45,884 nucleotides of DNA, taken from contig NC_068989.1 in NCBI RefSeq assembly GCF_001194135.2, positions 95,182,718 through 95,228,601 of the forward strand. The letters are read 5' to 3'. Made by a program: the position numbers and the translations under genes. Below the pieces are notes generated by a model. That model saw only the letters and a program-made list of their open reading frames with translations. It did not search any database and was not told where the DNA came from. The DNA is from Octopus bimaculoides (lineage: Eukaryota). Positions 23,414 through 37,429 of this stretch are shown here, piece by piece. The stretch's first letter is position 1. The number at the start of each line of letters is the position of its first letter.

Positions 23414-24022
23414 AGTGTGTAAATGTGTCTATTTTACTCTCACATTGCAATTACAAATATATATTTCAAAGTGGATAGTTTATCTTTACTTTGGTTGCAT
23501 GCAAAAATGTATAAGCAAAAGAGATGGCAGCGGGGAAAAAACAGTTGAAAAGAAAGACACAGAGATAAAAACAAACAAGAAACAGAAATATATACAGCGA
23601 AAGACAGAATGAAAGAGACAACAAAGAGAGTAAGAGCATTAGATGTGGCGGAGAGATACAGATGGAGAGAGTGTTTCAAATAGATTTTCAGCCGCTTTTG
23701 TTCCATCTTCCAACAATTATTATATAATAATACATGAACAAAGACCAATTTCTCCCCCTTTTTTTGTTTGGAACATGTTTAGAATTTCACTGAAAATAAA
23801 TTCCTCCGGCGTCATATGACAATAATTCATAGCATTACAAGAATATAGTAATGGTCACAAAGGAGAAAAATTCTAATAAAAATATGTGTGTGTATATACA
23901 TACTCACACAACTACATACATACATACATACATACATATATGTATACATGTGTATACATATATGTATACATATGTACATATATAGATATGTATGCATGTT
24001 TACATGTGTGCATATATATATA

Positions 24023-24068
<46 letters not shown>

Positions 24069-24518
24069 NNNNNNNNNNNNNNNNNNNNNNNNNNNNNNNN
24101 NNNNNNNNNNNNNNNNNNNNNNNNNNNNNNNNNNNNNNNNNNNNNNNNNNNNNNNNNNNNNNNNNNNNNNNNNNNNNNNNNNNNNNNNNNNNNNNNNNNN
24201 NNNNNNNNNNNNNNNNNNNNNNNNNNNNNNNNNNNNNNNNNNNNNNNNNNNNNNNNNNNNNNNNNNNNNNNNNNNNNNNNNNNNNNNNNNNNNNNNNNNN
24301 NNNNNNNNNNNNNNNNNNNNNNNNNNNNNNNNNNNNNNNNNNNGTATATTGCTTTTTATCCGAGATGAAAAGAAACTTATTGAATAACGTTCATATTCAG
24401 CAGACACATTCGTAACAATGGCTGTGTGTGTGTTTCAGTATCAATGCTATCTATAGGTACTACAGATACAGACATGCATGCTTGTATGTATGTATGTACG
24501 TGTATTAATGTATTTATG

Positions 24519-24556
<38 letters not shown>

Positions 24557-26837
24557 TGTGTGTGTGTGTGTGTGTGTGCGTTGTTTAGTAAGCAAGACGT
24601 AACCTTGATACTTTCTCCAAAGCAGACGTCAACTTATTGAATGCTTCATGCGCGGCTTAAAACAAAGCAACAGCTAAGGAAGTGGAAGTAATTAAGATAG
24701 TGTACCATAATGAGACGAGTAATTAATCCACGTTTGGTTGAGGTATAATTTCTTTTCTTTTTTCTTTTTTTTTTTCTCATAAAAGAAGTTGCCAGCAATT
24801 TTTGATCAGAGAAATAAAAGTGACTTTGTCTTTGTTAGTTGTTAATTGAGAATCCACCAAACTTCAGAATGCAACGGGTTAGTTACACGCTCGCATTAAT
24901 TAATAGCTGTAAGTTTTAGAACGCGCCGAATATTGATAAATCGATGAGCCTGATTAAACAGGTCATATCACATTTTGAAGAATTTAGAAGAAATGAGTAA
25001 GCTTTTGTTGTTTCAGAATCGTTAGGACATCTGTCAAAACGCCTTGCAGATTTTGTTCCATCTCTAAAAGTTCAGAGATCAAATCTCATCGATATTCGCT
25101 GTGGCTTTAGCCTTTTCAGAGTCGATAAAATACCAGTCAAAAACTGGGAGCGTTGCTGGCTTGGTGCTAAATTTAGGAGGAATTATTCCAGAATAGCTAA
25201 AGCGTCTAATGAAATGCCTTCAGTTGTACTAAGAAACTCTCAAGGGAGCTGAACAGCTGAAGGTCTTCAGAGAAGAAACCTTGCCCAGGCAAGTGTTTTG
25301 GTCCTTCTTACACTATAAGGGGCCTGGCCGTATCCAAATCATGACTCCTCGGTGCCCTTTTCTACTGACACTTTTTAGTCGTTTGGATATCGGAAACTTA
25401 TGCAACGGAGATTTCCTTTAGTTGTAACTCCTCTCTGTTGATTCGCCTTTCAAACCTTATACTTAAAGAAGAAATGATGCTGGTTGTCATGGTAGCGGTG
25501 AAACATCAACGCTACAACAATGACACAGAGTTACTTTCCTTAGCTTTAAAACTCGAAAATATTCCCTTCAAGCAATATTGAAGTAATTCTTGTTCCTCTT
25601 CGACCAGATTCACTCTCCACTGTCTGATATTGCTGCTATTACAGTTCTTAACACTCTGAGGTCAAATGCCACCGAGGTTCGCTTTAGTTTTCATCCTTCG
25701 GAGGTTGATAAGTAAAGTATCAGTAAAATAAAAGAACTCATATCGACTGTTATCCTCCCACCAAATTTCTGGTTTTGTGCCTATATTAGAAACGTTTTTG
25801 ATTTTTTATTAATTTTCTTTCTTTATCAACTATTCTTCTTACTTCTCTGATCATCCATCCAACAAGGGTTTGGTTTAGCGTTAGGTTTATAATAATGTTA
25901 TTTGTGAGGCTAGAAAAGAATTTGAAAGACTGAAAATAGCATTAAGAAAGTTGCGAGAATTTTCTGATAAGAGTTGCAACGTGAGCGATCGTGCTGTGAC
26001 TCCCAAAGGCAGGTAATTAGTTAAAGAATCAAATCAGCTGATGTTTTGAGTAGGTTTGCGGAGAAAAAGAATTACTGGTCGCCGAAATTACACAATCAAC
26101 TTAAGTAGTTTTTAAAGTCAAGAAAAGGTCAAAAATGTTAATCGTGATCTGAAGCCGAAGTTGTGAACTGAATGAAAGGTTTTTACGATGTTTTAATCTT
26201 TATTTTATAACTGAACACTTGGCTGATGATATAAATTAACTCTTTGAACTGTGAGTAAGCTTAGTCTAGTTGAAAATCGATACTTAGATGCTGATCTGGC
26301 GAAAAACTGTTTTCTCTGATGATGTTAGCATGAAAATATCGGAGAAAATGGAAACTTACAGAAAACGCATACATTTCATGTGGCATTTCTCTAAGATTGG
26401 AGAATCTTAAAGTAAAGTGATAGAACGATCCTGTTGTCTATAGAGATGCAATCCTATTGTAGGTCACCACACAAATAGAAAAGAAACTGTGAAGAAATAA
26501 ATAACACGGTGGTGCATCAGCATGGCCGCAGCTCTGAGCTGAAACTTTGAAATGAAATGAAGAGAAGTAATAAATAAAATAACAAAAGGAGAGAAGCTGA
26601 AAGTGTACGATTAGGATTAAGTATTTGATTTCTTTAATTTAGAAAAGTATATTTCATAAATAGATACTGGCAAAAATTCTATGGTTTAAAGCTTCCAATT
26701 TTTAATTCATTCAAAGAAAGTCTATTTAAGAGATAACATTCACGTTGAAGTATAGAAAATGGTGGAATCAATTACAGAAACAATTGTATGAGAAGAGTAT
26801 TTTAAATGACTAATAAAACTAGTTTCTTTTCTTTCCT

Positions 26838-26881
<44 letters not shown>

Positions 26882-28082
26882 TCTCACCCTCTCTCTTTCT
26901 TTTCCTCTCTCCCTCCCTCTTTTTACCTATTATGTTTTGAAATTGTCTTTTTTTGTTACTTTTGTTTTACATTGTTTCTTTTTCTAACTAACCCTTATTG
27001 TCTCACAAATTTTCAATTCTCTTCTTTCTTTTCTCTGAATCGCTCTTCTTCGATCTTTTCTTCTCTTTTCTTGGTTCGTTAGTGATGCTCGTTTTACGGA
27101 TTCCAGAGTGCGACATTTTTTTGTTGAAGGAAGAATATTAAGCTCAACACGAATACATCTTCGTCGAGAAGTAAAATTAATTCAGTTAACATGATCTCGA
27201 GCAACTACGGCAGCAGCAGCTGCTGAGGAATTAAGTTGATCTGATTACTGAGACAGACGATTTGTAGCAAACAATAAAAGTCGATTCATTTTTCTTAACT
27301 TTTTCATTTTCTTAATATAAATTAACATAAAATTAGACTTTAAGAATTGTTTTCGCGACTTTACGTCTGATTTCTAACAACGTAGCCAGTTCTGTGTGGT
27401 CCAAGTCGTGGCAACATTATATCGAAGGATTTGGTAGAGGTGGAAAATGGTTTGGAGTAGTTCTTTACCTCGAAACTAGAAGGAATCAAAAATTTGCGAA
27501 TTAGCTGAGATTATGTTGTGAATAAGGAGAGGAAATATTATCCTGATCGAATATACCAACATCAAAGTAGCATTTGTGTCTCTCCATTAATAAAATGCGA
27601 CAGGACCTTCTTTCCAACCAAATATTTACCTCAAAATAGAAATATTTCTAGAATCGTCTTGAAATTAAAATGTGCAATGAATGCCTAAGTGCGCATGCGC
27701 GTCTCTCTCTTTCTCTCTCACCCCGTTTATATGTACATATGTGTGTGAGTTAGTTCTCTATGTGCGTTTGTGTGCGTGTGTCTGTATGTGTGAGTGTATG
27801 TTGTGTGAGCAGGAGGAGATATTAGAGGTATTGTAATGACCTCTTCGAAACACGGCTGTTCTTACTAATACCTGAGACCAAACTGTATCGTCTCTGGCCT
27901 TTCTTATTGATGCCAAAGAGGGAGGAAATTTCCGGGAATGGGAAACGGTTAGGCTTCTGAAGAAAATATTTCTTTCAGGGTTGCGCTTTCAGCCATGATC
28001 GAAAAGAGCCATTTGTGGGTGTGCGTGTGTATATGTATGCATGTATGTATGTATATATATTTATATAGACAAAGAGTGAGAC

Positions 28083-28138
<56 letters not shown>

Positions 28139-28655
28139 NNNNNNNNNNNNNNNNNNNNNNNNNNNNNNNNNNNNNNNNNNNNNNNNNNNNNNNNNNNNNN
28201 NNNNNNNNNNNNNNNNNNNNNNNNNNNNNNNNNNNNNNNNNNNNNNNNNNNNNNNNNNNNNNNNNNNNNNNNNNNNNNNNNNNNNNNNNNNNNNNNNNNN
28301 NNNNNNNNNNNNNNNNNNNNNNNNNNNNNNNNNNNNNNNNNNNNNNNNNNNNNNNNNNNNNNNNNNNNNNNNNNNNNNNNNNNNNNNNNNNNNNNNNTAT
28401 ATATATATAATAATAATAATAATAATATAGATTTAATCAACAGTGAAACAGCAGCATAGTCGAGATGTGTTTTCTTCTCTTACTCTTGTTTTTTGCAAAC
28501 ATCTTCAAAATGACTTTCTAAAATGAAATTCCTTTATGCAACTGAGGAGTACATTTTCATTGTATTTTATGTAGTGTTATCACTACATGAATAAATGAAG
28601 CTTGTACGAAATGTACGTACTGCTATAACCTATTGAATTTTTGTTGCTTAACTTC

Positions 28656-28693
<38 letters not shown>

Positions 28694-29414
28694 TATAAAT
28701 ACGTATATACGTATACATATATATATGCATAAGAATATGTGTATATATACGTGTATGTGTCTGTACACATACACATACACATATGCATGTCTATTTGTCT
28801 ATGTGAATGTATATTATACATGTATAAATATGTGTGTGTGTGTGTGTGTGTGTGTGTAATTTCGTATTTTCGGAAGCATCGTACACCGATAAAGACAATT
28901 CCGGTATGTGCTTCCCAGGAATACCACAATCTGCCTAATTATCATTTCTGCGGCAACATGGAATGACCTGAGAGGAATTTACTTTGTAACCCTTCCACAG
29001 CGAGTGACCGCATCGAACCCCGACCCCCGCTTCACATTGATTCCCGCAATAAATAGCAGTAATTTACATTGGTTCATTAAATCGACTCAGTTCAGTTTTT
29101 TTTGTTTTTTTTACATTCAGTCTTTGTAAAGAAATTTTTAAAATTTTAGTAAATAGTTAAGATTGATTTTTCTCTGCGTGAGTGTTCGGAGATAATGTAT
29201 AGGAATAAGAGAGTTGCGGCCGTGTATATGTGTGTATGTGTGTATATGAGTCTTTCTGTGTTTGTCTGTATGTACAAAGGCATGTATGTACGTATGTGTG
29301 TGTGAGTGAGTGTATAAACAGGCATATATGTACATATACTTCTAAACGTATATATGTGTGTGTAGGCTGTTGAGGTGTATACCCATATACAATATATATG
29401 TGTGTGTATATACA

Positions 29415-29450
<36 letters not shown>

Positions 29451-29844
29451 TGTATGTATATGTATACATGTATATATATGTATATGTATACATACATATA
29501 TGTTTACATACATACATATATATGAATATATATATATATATAACGCATATTTATTTATTTATTTATGGGTTTCAGCCAAGTAGCTGTGGTCATGCTGGAG
29601 CACCACCGTGACTTTCTGTCTTTATATAATACATATATATATACATATATAAAACAAATAATAAATGAGTATATGCATATATATGTACAAGTACGTGCAT
29701 ACCTACATCTACCTATATATATAGGTGCATATCTGGGTACAGGACGTTGCAAACAAAACGTAGACAAAAAATAATAATAATCAGAGTATAGAAAACACAC
29801 AGGCCACATATATATATATATATATATATATGCATATATATATA

Positions 29845-30087
29845 TTTTACAAAGTTTTTCTGGGCAACCTACTTTCCTTAGAATTAGCCACAGAGCATTT
29901 CGATTAACAGTATCTCGAATACTTTGCTCAAATCAACAAAGCAATGGTATAGAGCAAGACTCTGTTAAATGCACTTTCCTTGCAATTGTCTGACAGTAAA
30001 AATACAATCAGCTGTGCTCCTGGAAGAACGAGTGCCACTCTGAGACTCAGACACTATATTTGGAACTATGGAGGTATTTAAAAGTCC
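29845..30087 (-). mobile_element. RTE-clade LINE reverse-transcriptase fragment
   Basis: IVSESQSGTRSSRSTADCIFTVRQLQGKCI*QSLALYHCFVDLSKVF, frameshift, DTVNRNALWLILRKVGCPEK matches RTE 'PESQCGFR..RST.D.IF..RQLQEKC.EQ...LY..F.DL.KAFDTV.R..LW..L.K.GCP.K'. Confidence 0.88.
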
Positions 30088-30360
30088 AACTATTCTGCCT
30101 AAATGTCTGTGCAAACCTTTGAATGCAGTGTATGCCAGAAGGTTTGCAAATCCACCGGAGGCCTCAAAAGACATGTTAAGATCCACAAAGAGCAGAACTT
30201 ATCTACAGCTCTTGGTGGTCCAAATGGGTGGTGCAATCTATGCGGGTGTCATTTCAGGACATTGTCTGGTTTAAAAAGCCACATCAGATGCCATGATGAT
30301 GCTAAGATGTAGGTACAGGAGGTGGTCAAACACTGCATAAGAGGTAGACAACCACCATAA
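30088..30360 (+). mobile_element. Double C2H2 zinc-finger coding fragment with short 3' UTR, probably a LINE (RTE) 3' end
   Basis: ORF 30103-30312: FECSVCQKVCKSTGGLKRHVKIH and WCNLCGCHFRTLSGLKSHIRCH (two CxxC-x12-H-x3-H motifs). Assignment to RTE is an inference from the known C-terminal C2H2-like motif and the adjacent RT piece. Confidence 0.7.
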
Positions 30361-30525
30361 AGGAAAATACACACACTTTACATAGTTTTAATATAATTTT
30401 TAATATATCGACCGGTTTCGCTTTCGCTATTCATGATATCATGGTTTACTTATTTGAATATGTATTTTCTTAAGAAAATATTTTTGTCCATGAACTTTGT
30501 CTGTGATGATATGTACGAGTGAATT

Positions 30526-30853
30526 CTACTATAGAATCGTGCCGACCAAAGCCTTGTGATTTGGTAGACGGAAACTGGAAGAAGTCCGTCGGATATGTAT
30601 ATATATGTGTATGTATGTCTGTGTATGTGTTTGTGTGGCTGTCCCCCATCCAACATCGCTTGGCAACCGATGCTGGTGTGTTTGCGTCTCCGTAACTTAG
30701 CGGTTCGGTAAAGGAGGCTGATAGAATACGTACTAGGCTCACAAAGAATAAGCTCTGGGGTCGATTTGTTCGACTAAGGGCAGTGCTCCAGCATGATCGC
30801 AATCAAATGACTGAAACAAGTAAAAGAGTAAAAGAGTAAAAGAGTAAAAGAGT
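30526..30853 (+). mobile_element. SINE family A, 5'-truncated, with (GTAAAAGA)n tail
   Basis: GCCGACCAAAGCCTTGTG...GGTAGACGGAAAC...CAGCATGATCGCAATCAAATGACTGAAACAAGTAAAAGAGTAAAAGAG. Confidence 0.85.
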
Positions 30854-30929
30854 ATAGATATAATAGTAAAGGAGTATGGATATTATTGGCCCAGGCCATG
30901 ACTAACTCAATGGCACCCCCTAGAAAAGT

Positions 30930-31225
30930 CTTTTAGTTAATTATTTCGGGATTCCATGGACCAATCAAGCAGAGAGTTGTTGTTGGTTGAGACGTATCCA
31001 GGTGTAGGTGGTTTATCCGGTATTTCCTGGAGGAATTTGTCCAGGTACCGTTTGAAAAGAGCAGGACCATTTGCAATGAAGAAATTGTGTCGCAATCTTA
31101 TGTGATGTGATCTCGACCTTTGTAGGGGACGCATTGTACGAGGGCCTAGTCTTGGGTGAATTGTAAACATAATACCGTATCGCTCACAGTTGCGTTGCAA
31201 AGAATAGAGCTTCAAGTCCCATCAA
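30930..31225 (-). mobile_element. CR1/L2-group LINE 3'-end remnant
   Basis: MKLYSLQRNCERY...NFFIANGPALFKRYLDKFLQEIPDKPPTPGYVSTNNNSLLDW; same architecture as 45541-45884 (GPQLF...FK.KLD.FL..IPD.P...NSL). Confidence 0.75.
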
Positions 31226-31950
31226 GCCATTTATTTTTTATTTTTTGTGATTGATCTTTGTGGCGTTTCGTTCCTTATGTATGTATGTGTGTATGTATGT
31301 ATGTATGTATGTATGTATGTATTTTTATTATTAACTACTTGTATTATATGGCAGTGTGTATGGTTCGCTCTAACCAAACGTATAAATACGTATAAGTACA
31401 TATATATGTATTCAAATTCTTTTACTATTAATGCCTGCGAATATATATCTATATTTTGTGTGTTTGTGTGTGTGTGTATTTGTATATAGAGGCGTGAATG
31501 CGTGTATATTCTCCTGAGTGGGAAGATGTATCTGCTTACGCAAGTATATATGCACAAGAATATACTTATTTACTCTGTATTTACCTTGTTTACGCTTCGC
31601 TATGTCTTCTTCTAATCCGCTTCGTTGCACTGCGTTGATGTGTTCATTTTTTTAAATATTATCTCGCATAACCATACAAAGCTTATGTCTTCCTCTAGTA
31701 CATACATATAAATATATATATATATATATATATANNNNNNNNNNNNNNNNNNNNNNNNNNNNNNNNNNNNNNNNNNNNNNNNNNNNNNNNNNNNNNNNNN
31801 NNNNNNNNNNNNNNNNNNNNNNNNTATATACATACATACATACATACTTACATACATACATACATACACACATACATACATACATACTTACATGCATACA
31901 TACATACATACATACATACTTACATACATACATACATACATACATACATG

Positions 31951-31982
<32 letters not shown>

Positions 31983-32124
31983 CACACATGTATATATATA
32001 TACATTGCAATATTGAAATGAGGAGTGTCTCTGTGTGTAAAGAGAAAAGCGAATGTATATATTCAATACATATTTACATCACCAGTCTTATATTTACATA
32101 ACTAGTTATGTATATTACTTATTC

Positions 32125-32129
32125 CTTCT

Positions 32130-32202
<73 letters not shown>

Positions 32203-32284
32203 AGTCATTCTCTCACTCACTCTCTCTCACTCAGTCATTCTCTCACTCACTCTCTCTCACTCAGTCATTCTCTCACTCACTCTA
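32125..32284. repeat. (CT)n microsatellite grading into a 30-bp unit repeated 3 times
   Basis: TCTCTCTCACTCAGTCATTCTCTCACTCAC x3 at 32191-32280. Confidence 0.9.
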
Positions 32285-32488
32285 TATTTGTATGATTATT
32301 AGAAGATTCGTAAATCATTATTCCGAGTTTCACGCCACCGTTTACTCATTCGTAGCAGCCACCTTCCTGAATAACGGGTTCTTTTTTCCCCCTTTTTTGT
32401 CTTCATATTTTTTCTCAGACAATAGTAAAGTTATTATTTCGAGTGGAGACTATTTTCTCCAGTTGGTATTCAGAAACAGACATATCTC

Positions 32489-32575
32489 TGGTGTTGCAAG
32501 CGTGGCTCTGTGGTAAGAATTTTGCTTCCCAGCCACATGGTTCCTGGTTCAGTCCCACTAGGCGGTAACTTGGAG
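32489..32575 (+). mobile_element. SINE family A head fragment
   Basis: GCGTGGCTCTGTGGTAAGAA...CCACATGGTTCCTGGTTCAGTCCCACT. Confidence 0.7.
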
Positions 32576-33129
32576 TGGAATATCTTCTTTAATTTTATAT
32601 ATTAATTATGAAATATATATGCAAAGGTGGCACACCTTAATATTATTTCTATTCAAGGTCTCATGTTATTTATGATCTTAGGGGTAAAGTTTATTTCTAA
32701 GGTTTTGAAAAATTCTGGTGACATTAGAACGAACATTTAAACTACACAAAGAACTATACCATAAGATATTTCGTCTTCTACTTTTGCATATTTAGAATTA
32801 ATGTTTTTGTATATATTGTATAAGAGGATAGCTGTATTGATATTAATATACTACAATTTCTTGTTAGGTTTCATATGAGGACAGTTTTACAAGTAACTAA
32901 ATCTCGTTCTATCAAAATAGAATCAACTAGATTCGTATCGACTGAGAACTTTACTAATTGATTGTGTTGATGCACTCCTTCTAAACAGCATTCATGTGTG
33001 TGTATACACACATGTGTGTGTGTGTGATAATATTCATATACAGAGGCATACAGATTCAGGTATAGATACCACACAATCATACCTATACATAATGCCATAC
33101 ATTCAAATGTATATATGATATATGATATA

Positions 33130-33600
33130 TTTGGTATGGAACGGTCTTCAGTAAATAATTATCTATTTTACTACAAGAAGTTAAAAGTCAGATGTAAGTC
33201 AACCAACCAAGACATGTGACATTAAAATAATTGGAAATGACGTCTAGATCTAATTTATCATCACAGCTCTTTTCTTCTATGAATTGCTCTAGCGATGGAA
33301 TCCACTGATAATCCGAAGGGATTAAATCCGTTGAGTATTGCGGATGCAAAAGGAGTTGTAGTTCCTAACGATCTTAATTTTCCTGGGTTTGTTTTGCAGA
33401 GTGAGCCATTGTATTCTGATGCTGAAGAATTACACCTTTTCTGTTTACCAAAGCTGGTCACTTTCCACGCAATGCTTCGTTTACACGTGTGTCAGGATTA
33501 AAAGATTCTTCCACAACACCGATACTCACTGGATTTAGCACCAACTTGCTTCAATCGCTAAAGTTCTTCGTAGACTGCAGGACATTCAGAAGCAAAGATG
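33130..33600 (-). mobile_element. mariner (DD34D-type) transposase remnant, internally deleted
   Basis: EALRGK*PALVNRKGVILQHQNTMAHSAKQT...LLHPQYSTDLIPSDYQW matches mariner 'RPALVNRKGVILQHDNARPH...HPPYSPDLAPSDY'. Confidence 0.85.
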
Positions 33601-33639
33601 TTTAAAATGGCAAGTATTTTCCACGGAAATAATATATAT

Positions 33640-34150
33640 TTATGTATAAATATATGCATTTAAAAAAGATTCCAAAAATATCAACTAGATTATGACCGGG
33701 AAATAACAGTTTACTCAAAATAATCGCCGTCAGCTTCTACCACGACCTCATGACGCATGCATTCCTCTTCGAACGCTTCCTTGATCTTGGTCACCAGTTC
33801 GGCCATGAGGCTGCTTGCAGAGCGATTGGTGTCTTTTTCAACCACGCCCTGCTCGTAGTATTCCATAGGATTACACTCGAAGGAATTGAGAGGCCAGACA
33901 TTGGAGATAGTGAAGTCGTAGAAATTCTCCTACAAGTACTTCTGACACTTTCTTGTGGCATAGGAAGGAGCTGAATCCTACTGCCACACACATTAGACTT
34001 CCAGCAGCAACCCCCTCCAGCCAGGGGTTGACCGCAATCTCCAGCAGTTTCACATAGCTGCCTAAATTGATCCTAACGCCCTGATCAAGGATGTGGAAAC
34101 GAATTCCGGCAAGCAGATGCAGTGGTTGGGAAATGTATGTACTTTCGTGC
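33640..34150 (-). mobile_element. Second maT-type transposase remnant
   Basis: DQGVRINLGSYVKLLEIAVNPWLEGVAAG...Q*DSAPSYATRKCQKYL*ENFYDFTISNVWPLNSFECNPMEY...VVEADGDYFE*; 37-residue spacing with the last acidic residue read as E; clearly diverged from the 518-1330 copy. Confidence 0.82.
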
Positions 34151-36234
34151 ATGCATAAAAAATATTGAAACTAGAAAGGACTGATAGTGAATTCTATCAT
34201 AAAAACGACCCATAAGCCTGCTTTTATTTGTAGATTTGATACCGTCCATATCTCTTTCGAAACACACCCTCAGCCGTCTTAACCAAAGAATATATTCTAC
34301 AATGGAATCTTTAACATAACAACAGACAGTCATGTCGCGAAGTCTTGTATCATAGCTCTTTTCGATTATGGTTGACCTGGGGCTCAACAACAACAACGGC
34401 AACAACAAATTATCTCTATAGACAATTCGTCTGTTTTATTCAATAACAAAAATCACAAATATATTTACGAATAAGATTGTCTCGCTTTTGAAGAAAGGTC
34501 GTAATTAGTCGGCTAATAAAAATATCAATGTAATTAATCCAAAACACAAAATCAAATTCAATTATTCAGTCCTTTTACCATAATTAATTACACTCCCTGC
34601 TAATGCCGTCACGCACAGCGCAAACCCGTATGAGAGCCTCTACATGGCCGTGTGGTATGCTAGAAGTAGAAGTGAAATCTCCCTAACATTATATTCTACT
34701 CTGGTGAAAGACGGTATTTAGACAGGTTTTATCGTGCCATCTTTGGTAAACAGAGATTAACGCAGAAGTTGTGGCTGTAATGCCATAGATCATACATCTA
34801 CTGAGTCAGAGATGATATGAAGCCAAACAATAACACCAACATCACCACCATCACAACAACAACAACAATAAGAACACCCACACTCCCTAAAACCCAGCTA
34901 AACACGATAAAACTTTCCTTGCATGTAACAAAGTATTATTTATGTCTTCTGTGGAAATTTCATAAACAAAATCGAATCACTTTGAATCAAAGGTTTTCAG
35001 CTTTAAAGACTTGCAATCGCTTTCTGCATCTTGCAAACACACAAACCAATCTGTCTTTCCTTCTTACCAGCATAATAAACCTATGAACCATTTAACTTTA
35101 CTCTGCCTCTGTTCTGCAACTCTGATCATATCGCTACGTGTGACCAAGAGAACAACCATCTTTACTTTTCTTAAGAAAGCAATTCTTACATCCATAATGA
35201 GTAGTCATAGGATAATGTTTTCTGATGTAGGCCCAACAAAGCCTTTAATTCTACAATAACTGATTGGTCCGGCTCTTTGCGTTCCCAGTTCAAATCTCCA
35301 GGTGGTCAATGTTGCCTTTCATACTCCTGGAGACGATAAACGAAACGCCAATCAATGAAGTTGATTCTCCTTGCCTCTTGCTCTCTTTCTTTTTCTCTCT
35401 CTTTATTTCTCTCCTTTTCTCCTCTCTTTTTCTCTACTCTCTTTCTCTCTTTCTCTTTCTCTCTTTTTATGTCCCTGGCTCTCCGAAAAACGACTGCACT
35501 ACGCTGTGATAGGATCGGAAGGTCTGCTCCCATTTCTTTGCCACTAAGACATCAATGATGCAACAAAAACCATCTAAAGAGACTATACATGGGCGTGATG
35601 GGCGTGGGCGGACTGCTCTGGTGTACAGCAGAGAATGGCTAAAAACAAATGTTTAATTCGTTTTAAGCACAAATTTGTGGAGACTGGCTGAAACGTTAGA
35701 GTAACAAATTAAATACATCACAATATTTAGCAACGAACTTCTATGTATGAGCTCAAATCCTTTCGTAGTTCCATATCATTTAGCGATAATATGACAAGAT
35801 TGGTTCATTCAAAGAAACCTCTATGCGGAAGTTTGACCTGTTAAAATCTAACAGGTCGAGCGACCGTATCTAACATTTAAATAACAGCAACAAAATTACT
35901 TTGTATTTCCGTGGAAACGATGTTATTCGGTGCGGACACAAAAACTTTGGCTCATTTAGTTAAGCAAATATGCTGTCGAGACCCTAGAAAGCTCCATCAG
36001 GCACTTAGTAGAAATTAGGTGAAACATGGGTCTTTGTGTAGCATTGGTTTTCATGTATGTGTGTGTGTGCATCTGCGTATGTGCTTTGCTATTAAATCAT
36101 GAAGTCATAACATCTTTGGTTATCAAGTCATGAATATTAATAAAAGGGTGAAACCGGTTGACTACCTACCATTTTTACCTTCAAGCTTTATCATAAACAT
36201 TTCGGTGCATTACTTCTCTATTTTATTCGCGTGT

Positions 36235-36292
<58 letters not shown>

Positions 36293-36538
36293 NNNNNNNN
36301 NNNNNNNNNNNNNNNNNNNNNNNNNNNNNNNNNNNNNNNNNNNNNNNNNNNNNNNNNNNNNNNNNNNNNNNNNNNNNNNNNNNNNNNNNNNNNNNNNNNN
36401 NNNNNNNNNNNNNNNNNNNNNNNNNNNNNNNNNNNNNNNNNNNNNNNNNNNNNNNNNNNNNNNNNNNNNNNNNNNNNNNNNNNNNNNNNNNNNNNNNNNN
36501 NNNNNNNNNNNNATATATATATATATATATATACATAA

Positions 36539-36592
<54 letters not shown>

Positions 36593-37429
36593 TTCAGAGA
36601 TTTAAAACTAGCTGTTTTACTCATTATATGTGTGTGTATGTGTATACATGCTCATACATATCTGTGTGTGTGTGTTTCTGTCTACATGCATATATACACA
36701 CGTATATATGTATGTATATGTGTTTACGTATGTATATATATAATTAGAGAACCATCTGCTGGAGGCCAAAAAACAGTTCGTAAGTCATCTCATACACACA
36801 TTCCCATTCTACTATTCTTCAGAGCAATACAATGTAAATCCCGAAATCAATCTGTTTAGAATCACTTCAGCTGGAGAATAATTCAAAATGGCTATTTTCC
36901 ATAATCTCACGCTGTGAATTCTATGAATTTTAATAAATTTATTTGTGATAATAAATGAAGCACACACACACTCGAAATTCCAACGAAATATATATATATA
37001 TATATAACCCCTGGTAAACAGTTTCAACATATAGAAATAGCAAATATAAACACATCACACGAAGATTTTCAAGAATATATGAAACAAACTTAATGTAATT
37101 GTGAAACATATGAATGAGTTTACTTCTGCCAATGGACGAATAAAGCACGCAGGCGTAACACAGACAGACACATACATCTGCATACACATAGATATGCATA
37201 CAGGTACATATGCATACAAAACAAACACAGAGAAACGTGCACAGGTTCCTTTATAAATACATATATACATTGTGCTACGGCGCACCATAGATGGGGGTAG
37301 GTGTATGCAACATAAGCGCCTATATATAATACATGTATGCACAAATACTCGAACCTTCTACATAATATTGATACCGACATTTCTTTATATATTTCGCTAT
37401 GAATATACAGCGAATGTTATATATACATA

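Noticed and set aside
33295-33501. Plausible-looking 68-aa ORF MESTDNPKGLNPLSIADAKG...
   Set aside because: It is the antisense strand of the mariner transposase remnant.
35833-35855. 9-bp perfect hairpin GACCTGTTA-AAATC-TAACAGGTC
   Set aside because: Short, and resembles a decayed SINE internal motif; expected by chance.
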